Source: Candidatus Hydrothermarchaeota archaeon
GTDB taxonomy: Archaea > CAYFZR01
Assembly: GCA_046760505.1 (NCBI GenBank)
Contig: JBHIEG010000001.1
Span: 52,023-116,022 of the forward strand
DNA: 64,000 nt
Direction: 5' to 3'
Shown here: positions 52,494-61,073 of the stretch, piece by piece
Layout of the letters: each line of letters starts with the position of its first letter
Position numbering within the stretch: the stretch's first letter is position 1
The notes under the pieces: generated by a model
What the model saw: only the letters and a program-made list of their open reading frames with translations
Told to the model about the DNA's origin: nothing
Database searches by the model: none
Position numbers and translations under genes: made by a program

Positions 52494-53486
52494 ATGCACG
52501 CTATCGTTGTTGAGGAAATAACAAAAGAATTTAATGGCTTGGTGGCCGTAAACAAGGTTAATTTGAAGGTTAAAAGGGGAGAGTTGCTCGGCTTACTGGG
52601 TCCAAATGGTGCTGGAAAAACCACGCTGATTCACATGTTATGTACTCTCATCCCCCCTACCCACGGTAGAGGAGAAGTATGGGGCTATGACATAGTAGAA
52701 GAGCCAGACGAAGTCAGAAAATCCATAGGTATAGTCTTTCAGGATCCTACTCTGGACGAGAAATTAACTGCAAGAGAGAACCTTGACTTCCACGGAAGGA
52801 TGTATGGAATGCAAAAGGCTGTGAGGGAGAAGAGGCTTAGAGAAGTTTTAGAACTTGTAGAACTTACCGATAGAGAAAATTCTTTGGTTGAGACTTTTTC
52901 AGGAGGAATGATGCGAAGATTAGAAATAGCAAGGGGATTGATGCACAAACCAAAGGTTCTATTTTTAGATGAACCCACTCTGGGTTTAGATCCTCAGACT
53001 AGAAGACATATCTGGAATTACATCAAAGAGTTAAACAAAAGGGAAGATATAACCATAGTTTTGACAACTCATTATATGGAAGAAGCCGACTTTTTATGCG
53101 ACAGGGTAGCAATAATTGATCAGGGAAAAATAATATCTCTAGACTCTCCAGAATCTCTTAAAAAGAATCTAGGCGGAGATATAATTTACCTCAAGGTTTC
53201 AAACGCCCAGAAGATGGCTGAGATATTTTCAAGATTAGATTTTGTACAGGGTGTAAAGATTGTGGATGAAACTATACAGCTAAAAGTTAGTGACGGGGAG
53301 AAGACTATACCCAAGGTACTAGATATCGCTAGGGAGAACGGTACCACTGTTGAGGCAGTAAGTGCAACCAGACCCACATTGGAAGATGTTTTCATCCAAT
53401 ATACCGGTAGAAGAATAAGAGAGCAGGAAGTCTCTTCTAGGGAGAAAACAAGAGCAATGATAAGAGCAATAAGGAGAAGAAGGTAA
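52494..53486 (+). CDS. ABC-2 exporter ATP-binding subunit (DrrA-like)
   Basis: GPNGAGKT, FSGGM, FLDEPT.GLDP, TTHYMEEA, PTLEDVF. Confidence 0.93.
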   Translation: MHAIVVEEITKEFNGLVAVNKVNLKVKRGELLGLLGPNGAGKTTLIHMLCTLIPPTHGRGEVWGYDIVEEPDEVRKSIGIVFQDPTLDEKLTARENLDFHGRMYGMQKAVREKRLREVLELVELTDRENSLVETFSGGMMRRLEIARGLMHKPKVLFLDEPTLGLDPQTRRHIWNYIKELNKREDITIVLTTHYMEEADFLCDRVAIIDQGKIISLDSPESLKKNLGGDIIYLKVSNAQKMAEIFSRLDFVQGVKIVDETIQLKVSDGEKTIPKVLDIARENGTTVEAVSATRPTLEDVFIQYTGRRIREQEVSSREKTRAMIRAIRRRR

Positions 53487-53513
53487 AATATAGGATTAAG
53501 AGGGGAAAAGCAG

Positions 53514-54263
53514 TTGATGGCAATTTACACTCTATGGCTAAGAGAAATGAAGAGATTCATAAGATTCAGGAGCAGAGTAGTTTCTTCTCTGGCAACCCCT
53601 ATCTTCTGGCTTCTATTATTTGGTGTGGGACTTACCACCGCATTCAGGTTTCCGGGTCTTGGGAGGCTCTCGTACTTAGAGTTCATGGCTCCTGGAATCG
53701 TTGGCATGACCCTACTCTTTGCCTCCACGTTTGCTGGAGTCTCTGTTCTTTGGGACAGACAGTTTGGTTTCTTAAAAGAAATAATGGTAGCACCGGTTTC
53801 TAGAACGCATATTGTGCTGGGAAAGACGATTGGGGGGGCAACGACTTCTCTCATTCAGGGAGGTATAATGCTCATAGTAACTTTGCTCGTTGGCATAAAA
53901 TTCTCTCTTTCCGGATTTTTCATAGCCTTTCTCTTCATGATCTTGATTTCGATAGGCTACGTTGCCTTTGGACTCATATTCGCTGCCAAAATGGAGGATC
54001 CCCACGGCTTTCAGATGATAATGAGCTTTCTCATCATGCCAATGTTTTTCCTTTCCGGTGCTCTTTTCCCACTCGATAGGGTTCCTCACTGGCTAAGATC
54101 ATTGTCCTGCATAAATCCTCTAACATACGGAGTAGACGGGATGAGGGGGGCTTTAATTGGAAATTCTGTCTTCCCCCTGTGGACCGACTTCATCATCTTA
54201 GTGACTTTTTGCCTGATAACAATATCCTTGGCAAGCTACTTCTTTGAGAAAACAACGGTATAA
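53514..54263 (+). CDS. ABC-2 exporter permease
   Basis: DRQFGFLKEIMVAPVSR, FLSGALFP, NPLTYGVD; about 6 TM. Confidence 0.92.
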   Translation: MMAIYTLWLREMKRFIRFRSRVVSSLATPIFWLLLFGVGLTTAFRFPGLGRLSYLEFMAPGIVGMTLLFASTFAGVSVLWDRQFGFLKEIMVAPVSRTHIVLGKTIGGATTSLIQGGIMLIVTLLVGIKFSLSGFFIAFLFMILISIGYVAFGLIFAAKMEDPHGFQMIMSFLIMPMFFLSGALFPLDRVPHWLRSLSCINPLTYGVDGMRGALIGNSVFPLWTDFIILVTFCLITISLASYFFEKTTV

Positions 54264-54360
54264 GAGAAACCCTAAAGACGTTTTACGCCCTTGGTGAGCA
54301 CGAGGAGGTAAAAACTCGGAACCCACAAAAAGGCATGCGCACGTCTTTAGGGTATTTCTC
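54264..54360 (-). ncRNA. candidate structured RNA / long stem-loop of unknown class
   Basis: GAGAAA-CCCTAAAGACGT (54264-54281) pairs with ACGTCTTTAGGG-ta-TTTCTC (54341-54360); inner stems pair better via G-U on the minus strand. Confidence 0.4.
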
Positions 54361-54600
54361 GCTAATCATTCAGCACGTTTTAGTTTTTATTTGTAATCTA
54401 ATTTTTCTGGAACTCAATTATATATGTTTTATTCCTTTAGTTGTACACTTTCGTCCATGGCATACATTTTGTTTTTAATATACAATTTCTATCGAAAGTA
54501 TCCTCTCATACAACTTTTTATTATATTTATTCCACTGGCATTAATACTTAAGAATATGTTACTGATGATGTATGTGTAAAGATAATAAGACGGTGATTCA

Positions 54601-55107
54601 ATGCCAAGTAGATCATATCCAAGCTTTGCGGACGAAGTAATAGAGGCAGGAGGAGAAACCCTTAACCTTTGCTATCAGTGCGGAACCTGTACAGGAACTT
54701 GTCCTTCCGGGAGATTAACTGCATTTAGGGTCAGAAACATTATCAAAAAGGCTCAATTTGGATTTAAAGATGATATTTTACCTAATGATGATCTCTGGAT
54801 GTGCGTTACTTGCTACATGTGCTACGAAAGATGTCCAAGAAGGGTAGACATCCCCGGCATAATCCTGATCTTAAGGAACATGTCTGTTTCTGCCGGTTTC
54901 ATGGCGGACAATCATAAAAAAGCTGCTGAAAACCTTATAAAAACAGGTCATAGCGTTCTTCTGACCGATAAATATAAAGAAATGAGAAAAGCACTCGGAT
55001 TACCTGAAGAACCACCTACTACACTAACAGATCAAGAGGCACTCAAAGAAATCAAAGTTATTGTTGGACGAACAGGGTTTGAAAATCTTTTGAGGAGGAA
55101 AAAATGA
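54601..55107 (+). CDS. hdrC: heterodisulfide reductase subunit C
   Basis: CYQCGTCTGTCPSG, WMCVTCYMCYERCPR. Confidence 0.92.
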   Translation: MPSRSYPSFADEVIEAGGETLNLCYQCGTCTGTCPSGRLTAFRVRNIIKKAQFGFKDDILPNDDLWMCVTCYMCYERCPRRVDIPGIILILRNMSVSAGFMADNHKKAAENLIKTGHSVLLTDKYKEMRKALGLPEEPPTTLTDQEALKEIKVIVGRTGFENLLRRKK

Positions 55108-55967
55108 CTTACGCTCTTTTTCTCGGATGTATCGCTCCACTGAGGTATCCTGGAATAGAGAGTTCTACGAGGGAGATCTTGGATAGGCTGGGTATAAAAT
55201 ACACAGATCTAAGAGGTGCTTCCTGTTGTCCAGCACCAGGAGTTTTCAGATCTTTCGATCAGAGGACGTGGCTCTCTGTGGGGGCAAGAAACCTTGTCTT
55301 GGCTGAGAAAAATAATTCAGATGTGTTGGTGATTTGTAACGGATGCTATGCCTCTTTAAAAGAAGTTGCACACGAACTGAATAAGGAGAAGAACTTGACA
55401 GAGATAAATGACGTTCTGAACGAAATCGGTATGAAATACAGCGGTTCTGCAAAGGTTAAACATATTGTAGAAGTCCTATACGAAGAAGTCGGGACAGGAA
55501 GAATAAAAGAAAAGGTTGTTAATGAATTAGAATTGGATATAGCGGTTCATTATGGATGTCACCTCTTAAGACCCAGCGAGATAATGGTGAGCGATGATCC
55601 TGAGAAACCCCATATACTGGATGAACTAGTTGAGGCAACCGGAGCCAAAAGCCTTTCATACACGGATAGGATGCTTTGTTGCGGCTCTGGAGGCGGAGTT
55701 CGTGCGAGGTCTCCAGATGTAGCGCTGAGAATGACTAAAATAAAACTTGACATATTCAAAGAAGCGGGTGCTCAAGCAATAGTTACCCCATGTCCTTTTT
55801 GCCATCTCCAATACGACTCAGGACAAAAAGAGTTGAGGAAAAAAGGAAACGGTTACAATATTCCTGTTCTCCACGTATCACAACTACTTGCATTATCCTT
55901 TGGGGTCGATAGGGATAAACTTGGATTGAAGTTTCATTCAACGCCTGTGAATCTGGAGTTTGATTGA
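55104..55967 (+). CDS. hdrB: heterodisulfide reductase subunit B
   Basis: FLGC, SCCPAPG, CNGC, HYGCH.LRP, CCGSGGG, CPFCHLQYD (two CCG domains). Confidence 0.93.
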   Translation: MTYALFLGCIAPLRYPGIESSTREILDRLGIKYTDLRGASCCPAPGVFRSFDQRTWLSVGARNLVLAEKNNSDVLVICNGCYASLKEVAHELNKEKNLTEINDVLNEIGMKYSGSAKVKHIVEVLYEEVGTGRIKEKVVNELELDIAVHYGCHLLRPSEIMVSDDPEKPHILDELVEATGAKSLSYTDRMLCCGSGGGVRARSPDVALRMTKIKLDIFKEAGAQAIVTPCPFCHLQYDSGQKELRKKGNGYNIPVLHVSQLLALSFGVDRDKLGLKFHSTPVNLEFD

Positions 55968-55971
55968 TACC

Positions 55972-56553
55972 ATGAAGAAACTAGTGGTTATTCTTTCTAT
56001 TCTTATAGGGATCTCTGGATGCTATGAAGTTGAAGGAAAAGCAAAAGATCTTCTCGCAGATAAATGGAATAGAGAAGGAGTCTATCTTCTCAATCAAGGA
56101 AATTATGTAGATTCCATTGAATGCTTTGATAGGGCGCTGAAAATAGATCCAAAATACTATAAGGCATTGAACAACAAGGGACTCGCCCTGATATTTTTGA
56201 AAAGATACAATGAGTCTATTGAATTCTTTGATAAAGCGCTGAAAATAAATCCAGAATGCGTTTCTGCATTGAACAACAAAGGAACAGCTTTACTTAATTT
56301 GAAAAGATACAACGAGTCTATTGAATTCTTTGATAAAGCGCTGAAAATAAATCCAGAATACGCCTTGGCATGGAACAACAAGGGGTATACACTGGCAAAG
56401 TTAGGAAGATACGAAGAAGCGCTTGCATGCTATGATGAGGCATTAAGGATCAAACCTAACTACGCAATTGCCTTGGATAACAAGAAGAATGCTTTGAAAG
56501 AGATTGAGAAAATTGAAAAATCACCTCAAGTATCTGAGAGTATTAAAGACTAA
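55972..56553 (+). CDS. TPR-repeat lipoprotein
   Basis: MKK-hydrophobic-ISGC lipobox; four TPR units. Confidence 0.85.
   Translation: MKKLVVILSILIGISGCYEVEGKAKDLLADKWNREGVYLLNQGNYVDSIECFDRALKIDPKYYKALNNKGLALIFLKRYNESIEFFDKALKINPECVSALNNKGTALLNLKRYNESIEFFDKALKINPEYALAWNNKGYTLAKLGRYEEALACYDEALRIKPNYAIALDNKKNALKEIEKIEKSPQVSESIKD
56196..56359 (+). repeat. 102-bp-period tandem duplication inside the TPR gene
   Basis: 56196-56257 and 56298-56359 are identical over 62 nt except one T/C. Confidence 0.9.
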
Positions 56554-57438
56554 AACAGCCAATACCACCTGAAAGACGGTATCCACTGCTGCAGGAAGAG
56601 ATGTAACAGTTTTGAAGTTTAAAATCGCTATTGTCATCGCCAATCCCATGTTTTTTATGCTTCCAGATGTGTACAATAGAATATCTCTCTTAATGGGACC
56701 GTATCTTCTTGAGAGAGAAATAAGTAGTCCAATCAGGAATCCAAAAAATACATGAATAAAACTAACCAGCGAAAGTTTAAAAGAGAGAAATGCATCAAAT
56801 TTCTGAATATTGGGTACATTGACTGCTATTATGGTGAAAACTATTATTAATAAAGCTAATCCAGATAAAAATGAGGAATAGGGTTTTATAGATTCTTTCT
56901 GTATTTTTGAAAATTTTTTTATAAATATAGATAATGAAACCGGAATAACTATCAGAAAAACAAGATCTTTGAAAACATAAAGAGCATTAACCTTTACGAA
57001 AGTCCCTGCAAGCAATAACATCAGTATTGGTAATAGAATCGGAGTTAAAAACGTGGTTACTCCGACTAATGTTATAACTAAGGGTACATCTCCATCTAGC
57101 AATCCTATCCATAGAGTTGTTCCAACCGCGATAGGGGCACATCCAACGAGTATTAATCCGGTTGCAAGGTCCGGATGATCAAAAAGAAAAACTTTTGCAA
57201 GAATCCAGCAGAGAATGGGCATGAGTAAGAAGTTTAAAATCAAGACGATTAGTATTACATCTTTGTTTTTTGTGATTTCATCTATTCTCTCTATATCCGA
57301 GGAGAGACTCATTAGAAAAATTATGAGAGCAAGAAGAAATGGAACTGAAGGTCTAAAAAACTCTCCATATTCGGGTCCTAGCATCAAGCCAATCAGCATG
57401 GAGACTATTATGAGGAATGAAAAAATTCGTTGGTACAT
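56521..57438 (-). CDS. bile acid:sodium symporter (BASS/Acr3 superfamily) protein
   Basis: NFLLMP, GLILVGCAP, GDV, KNMGLA; about 10 TM. Confidence 0.85.
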   Translation of the reverse strand: MYQRIFSFLIIVSMLIGLMLGPEYGEFFRPSVPFLLALIIFLMSLSSDIERIDEITKNKDVILIVLILNFLLMPILCWILAKVFLFDHPDLATGLILVGCAPIAVGTTLWIGLLDGDVPLVITLVGVTTFLTPILLPILMLLLAGTFVKVNALYVFKDLVFLIVIPVSLSIFIKKFSKIQKESIKPYSSFLSGLALLIIVFTIIAVNVPNIQKFDAFLSFKLSLVSFIHVFFGFLIGLLISLSRRYGPIKRDILLYTSGSIKNMGLAMTIAILNFKTVTSLPAAVDTVFQVVLAVLVFNTLRYLR

Positions 57439-57520
57439 GGTCTCATCTAATGAATGATAAGTAAATGAAATTTTTGAATTCAGGAAAAAATATTAAAATC
57501 TATATCTGAAAGAATGATCT

Positions 57521-58012
57521 ATGAATCCAATAAAAAGGCTAAACCTATGGATATATAAAAATACAAGCCTAATTTCCAGATTAGTAGATGTATGGGTCGT
57601 GATATTCCTTATTTTACTTGTATCCCTCATATTTGGCAAACCGTTTCGAAAAATAATAACAATATGGAGTTTTTTAGGTATCCTATTCTTGTACACTCAT
57701 TACCTTTGTAACTGGTATTATAAAGGTAAAAGGAAACCCAAAGGAAATGAATTGGAACAAATAAGTACAAGACTTCCAACCAAATTAGATTTATGGATAG
57801 TTGAGCGGAGAAATAAGATCATAAAAATTTTTTTACTCTACATAGTTTTTTTATCATTCTTCTGCATCCTTTATCTCTATGGGTTACCATCTAAATTCGT
57901 TTTAGTATGGTATTTCTTATCATTGATTTTTGTTTATCCTTTATTTGTTATATACTGGTATAGAACTGGAGAAATTAAATTTCAAGATGAAACGAAAAGA
58001 AACTCACCATAG
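57521..58012 (+). CDS. hypothetical 4-TM membrane protein, AT-rich
   Basis: Two pairs of hydrophobic helices; visibly AT-rich sequence. Confidence 0.55.
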   Translation: MNPIKRLNLWIYKNTSLISRLVDVWVVIFLILLVSLIFGKPFRKIITIWSFLGILFLYTHYLCNWYYKGKRKPKGNELEQISTRLPTKLDLWIVERRNKIIKIFLLYIVFLSFFCILYLYGLPSKFVLVWYFLSLIFVYPLFVIYWYRTGEIKFQDETKRNSP

Positions 58013-58052
58013 GAACATAAAAATAAAGAAATGTAAAATAAGGAAACTGAAA

Positions 58053-58643
58053 TCACCACCTCTTGTGGCGTTCTTCTTTTATTATCTTTCCTTTAATTTC
58101 TCTTCCATAAAGGTCAAAAAGATACTTTATCATGCATGAGTGCTCTATTAAACTTATAACCTGATATGCTTCCTCAAGTAACCTTCCTATTGCAAATGTT
58201 CCATGTCCTCTTGCTATTACCCCTTTGTTTTCCTTTAATGTACTAGAAACTTTTTTCGCAAGTATTTCTCCACCTATGGGTCCCTCTACAATGGGTATCT
58301 TATGTAGGAAGTAATCACCCTCCATGTCTATGGGGATTATCTCGTCGTAAGAAAGAGATAGTACAACTGCATATGGAGAATGACAGTGAATAACGGCTAG
58401 AGCAGATGTTTCTTTGTATATTTCCCTGTGAATTCTTATGTCTGTCGATGCAAGCAAGGTCTTGCTATCGGTTCCTTCCAAATCGGTCTCTATCAAATCA
58501 TCTTTCCTTATTTCATCCAGCATACATCCTCTTCTTGTAATCAGTATTTTGTCTCCCTGTCTAACACTTATGTTGCCTCCATGGGAGGTTACATACCCTC
58601 TCTCAACAAGTTTTTTCCCAAACTTGCTTATTTCTTCAAGCAT
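58053..58643 (-). CDS. class II aldolase/adducin family protein (FucA-like)
   Basis: GGNISVR, AS....HREIY, HCHSPYA, RGHG. Confidence 0.88.
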   Translation of the reverse strand: MLEEISKFGKKLVERGYVTSHGGNISVRQGDKILITRRGCMLDEIRKDDLIETDLEGTDSKTLLASTDIRIHREIYKETSALAVIHCHSPYAVVLSLSYDEIIPIDMEGDYFLHKIPIVEGPIGGEILAKKVSSTLKENKGVIARGHGTFAIGRLLEEAYQVISLIEHSCMIKYLFDLYGREIKGKIIKEERHKRW

Positions 58644-60384
58644 AAAGATCTCCCAGGCCTAATGCTTCCAGTTTCTCTTTTTTGGGTATTCCCTCCTCAT
58701 TCCAGCCTCTGTATTTGTAGTACTCCTTTAACATTTCGTCCAACTTCACTACATTACCGTTTACTTCTTCTTTTAATAATCTTCGAGGTAGAGAATCATC
58801 TTTCCTTGTGAAACCTTCTCTTATGTTAAATAGTCTTTCAAGATTCCAGATTCTCTCCCCTATGCGGAGGACATCTTCACCTGAGAATTCAATTCCTAGA
58901 GCGCTTGTCAGCAATCTTGAAAAGAATTCCTCATCTACCGCGAAGGATACAAACTTGCATAAAACCAAAGAATCTATTGCACTGCAGAGGTTTTGATAAA
59001 CTATTATTAACCCTGCCTTTCCTCTCGGAGAGAACCTGTTTATCAGTTTAGGTATTCCCAATATCTCAGGACCAATCATGTATGCCCTAAGATGACAGGC
59101 ACCTCTATTGGATGTAGCGTATCCTAAACCCTGACCCTGTGCCCCTCTAGGGTCATAGCCAGGTAATTCAAGTTTTTTGCTTGTCATAGAATATTCAGGC
59201 TTTTTTAAACTGCTAGCAAGTTTATACGAACCCTCTGCAAGAAGATCTCCTATTCCTTTCCTTAGCGCGATATCTTTGATCACGTTCAGCAGTTCATGGT
59301 CTCCAAACCTAATAAAATCTAAAAATCCACGCTCTGAGAGTTCCATGGCGCATGAAATTGTAACTCCCGTAGAAATAGTATCCAGACCAAATCTGTTACA
59401 CAAATAATTTGCTCTTGTTATTATATTTAGATCATCTATTCCGCAATTTGCTCCAAATGACCATATCGTTTCGTACTCTGGTCCCTCTCCTTCCTCGTTG
59501 TTTAAAGATGTCTTTCTTCCACACGCTATGGGACAGGCAAAACAGGCTCTTCTTCCTTTAAAAAAGCTTATTTTCAGCGTTTCTCCCGATATATTATCTG
59601 CATATTCAAATCTGTTGGTTTGGAAATTTCTTGTTGGCAGTATTCCCATTTCATTTACTATATTCACCAAAGAAGACGTCCCAAACTCTTTTAAAGCAAT
59701 AGAGGTGACTGGATTCATTTCTAGAAGTTTTCTTAACTCTTTGCAGTAATACTTAAATTTATGGTGGTCTTTTAGGGGTACTTTTTCTTTTCCATGGGCA
59801 ACTATAGCTTTGAGGTTTTTAGAACCCATTACTGCCCCTAAGCCGCCTCTTCCTATGGCTCGATGCCTGTCGTTTATTATGCAGGCATATCTAACAAGGT
59901 TCTCTCCTGCCTGTCCTATGCATGCAACCGAGCCTTTATGCCTCTTTTCTAGTATATCTGTTGTCTCATGGGTATCTTTTCCCCATAAATCGCTTGCATC
60001 AAGAATCTCGATTTTTCTGGATATATTCAGATAAACAGGAGATTTAGATCTTCCCTTTATTAAAATAACATCATGACCGGATTTCTTTAGCATTGCACCA
60101 AATTTTCCGCCCGAATTTGAATCAAATATCGTGTTGGTAAGAGGAGACTTAGATGTAACTGAAAATCTGCCGCTTGTCGGAGCCATAGTCCCAGTTAATG
60201 GTCCGCATGCAAATATCAGGATATTTTCTTTTGATAGGGGTTCTGTTTTCTCTTTTAGAAGATCATAAAGCAACTTCACTCCTAAGCCTCTTCCACCCAG
60301 GTAAAATTTTATTAGATCTTCATCCATTTCTCTTTCCTCGATTTTATCCTTTGATAAATCTACCGAAAGTAAGTTCATCATCAA
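58636..60384 (-). CDS. aor: aldehyde:ferredoxin oxidoreductase family (W-pterin) protein
   Basis: YLGGRGL, KSPLT, GRGGLGAVMGSKNLKAI, CFACPIAC, GPEYET, GLDTIS, NRGACH. Confidence 0.92.
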   Translation of the reverse strand: MMMNLLSVDLSKDKIEEREMDEDLIKFYLGGRGLGVKLLYDLLKEKTEPLSKENILIFACGPLTGTMAPTSGRFSVTSKSPLTNTIFDSNSGGKFGAMLKKSGHDVILIKGRSKSPVYLNISRKIEILDASDLWGKDTHETTDILEKRHKGSVACIGQAGENLVRYACIINDRHRAIGRGGLGAVMGSKNLKAIVAHGKEKVPLKDHHKFKYYCKELRKLLEMNPVTSIALKEFGTSSLVNIVNEMGILPTRNFQTNRFEYADNISGETLKISFFKGRRACFACPIACGRKTSLNNEEGEGPEYETIWSFGANCGIDDLNIITRANYLCNRFGLDTISTGVTISCAMELSERGFLDFIRFGDHELLNVIKDIALRKGIGDLLAEGSYKLASSLKKPEYSMTSKKLELPGYDPRGAQGQGLGYATSNRGACHLRAYMIGPEILGIPKLINRFSPRGKAGLIIVYQNLCSAIDSLVLCKFVSFAVDEEFFSRLLTSALGIEFSGEDVLRIGERIWNLERLFNIREGFTRKDDSLPRRLLKEEVNGNVVKLDEMLKEYYKYRGWNEEGIPKKEKLEALGLGDLYA

Positions 60385-61073
60385 AGGTGTCTCCTCAGGT
60401 CATAAATACGAGGAAAAACGATGTAATCCTCTTCTATCTCAACTATAGGCTGTAGATTGCTAATATCCACCTTTCTAAGAATAGGCGATAGAAAATCACT
60501 TTCTTCGATGTTGTTTATTAAGACGCCCTGACACAATGGGCTAAAAGCAGGCAGGACTACTATATGCGTACCGTTTAAGTTTTTTCCATATAAAAAGCAA
60601 GGCAACCTTACCATCTCGATTTCAATGGTAGGGTGCTCGTGTCCAATTATTAGGCATTTTCCATTCTTAAAAGGCATATGACCATGAACAAATGTTATAT
60701 CTCCAATATCATATTTGTCAAAGACTTTTTTTGCTAAATAAGGAAGCATGGTATCATGGGAGCCCCTAACAAATATTATATCTTCTACATTTTCCTCTAA
60801 AAGTTCTAAAATCGATAAAAACTTCTCTTTTACTTTCCATTCTATTTTTTCAAAGGAATGGAATATATCACCATTTAAAACAAATTTTTTTGGCTTAAAT
60901 CTATCGATTATTTTCTCTAATCTTTCTATCAATATTTCTTTCTCTTTTAACGGAAAAATCAAACCTTGAGAAAATGATTCATCTTCCAGCCCAATATGAA
61001 GGTCTGATACCGCGCATATGTTTAAATCTTTAACGAAGAGAGAATTATTGTAGAAATCAAATCTATCTATCAA
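60381..61073 (-). CDS. Lhr-associated metallophosphoesterase
   Basis: SDLHIG, NGDIFH, GSHD, HGH, GHEHP, LPAFSP. Confidence 0.87.
   Translation of the reverse strand: MIDRFDFYNNSLFVKDLNICAVSDLHIGLEDESFSQGLIFPLKEKEILIERLEKIIDRFKPKKFVLNGDIFHSFEKIEWKVKEKFLSILELLEENVEDIIFVRGSHDTMLPYLAKKVFDKYDIGDITFVHGHMPFKNGKCLIIGHEHPTIEIEMVRLPCFLYGKNLNGTHIVVLPAFSPLCQGVLINNIEESDFLSPILRKVDISNLQPIVEIEEDYIVFPRIYDLRRHL

Noticed and set aside
54335-54478. 47-codon hydrophobic ORF starting inside the hairpin (type I toxin-like)
   Set aside because: The GGAGGT is about 25 nt from the ATG, and hydrophobicity is expected from T-rich DNA; unsupported without expression data.
54441-54520. Four TACA-n-TTT motifs upstream of hdrC
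   Set aside because: Short, irregularly spaced (19, 18, 28 nt) and plausible by chance in AT-rich DNA.
54601-60384. Selenocysteine or pyrrolysine read-through in Hdr/AOR genes
   Set aside because: The ORFs are full length with Cys at the expected positions and need no in-frame stop read-through.
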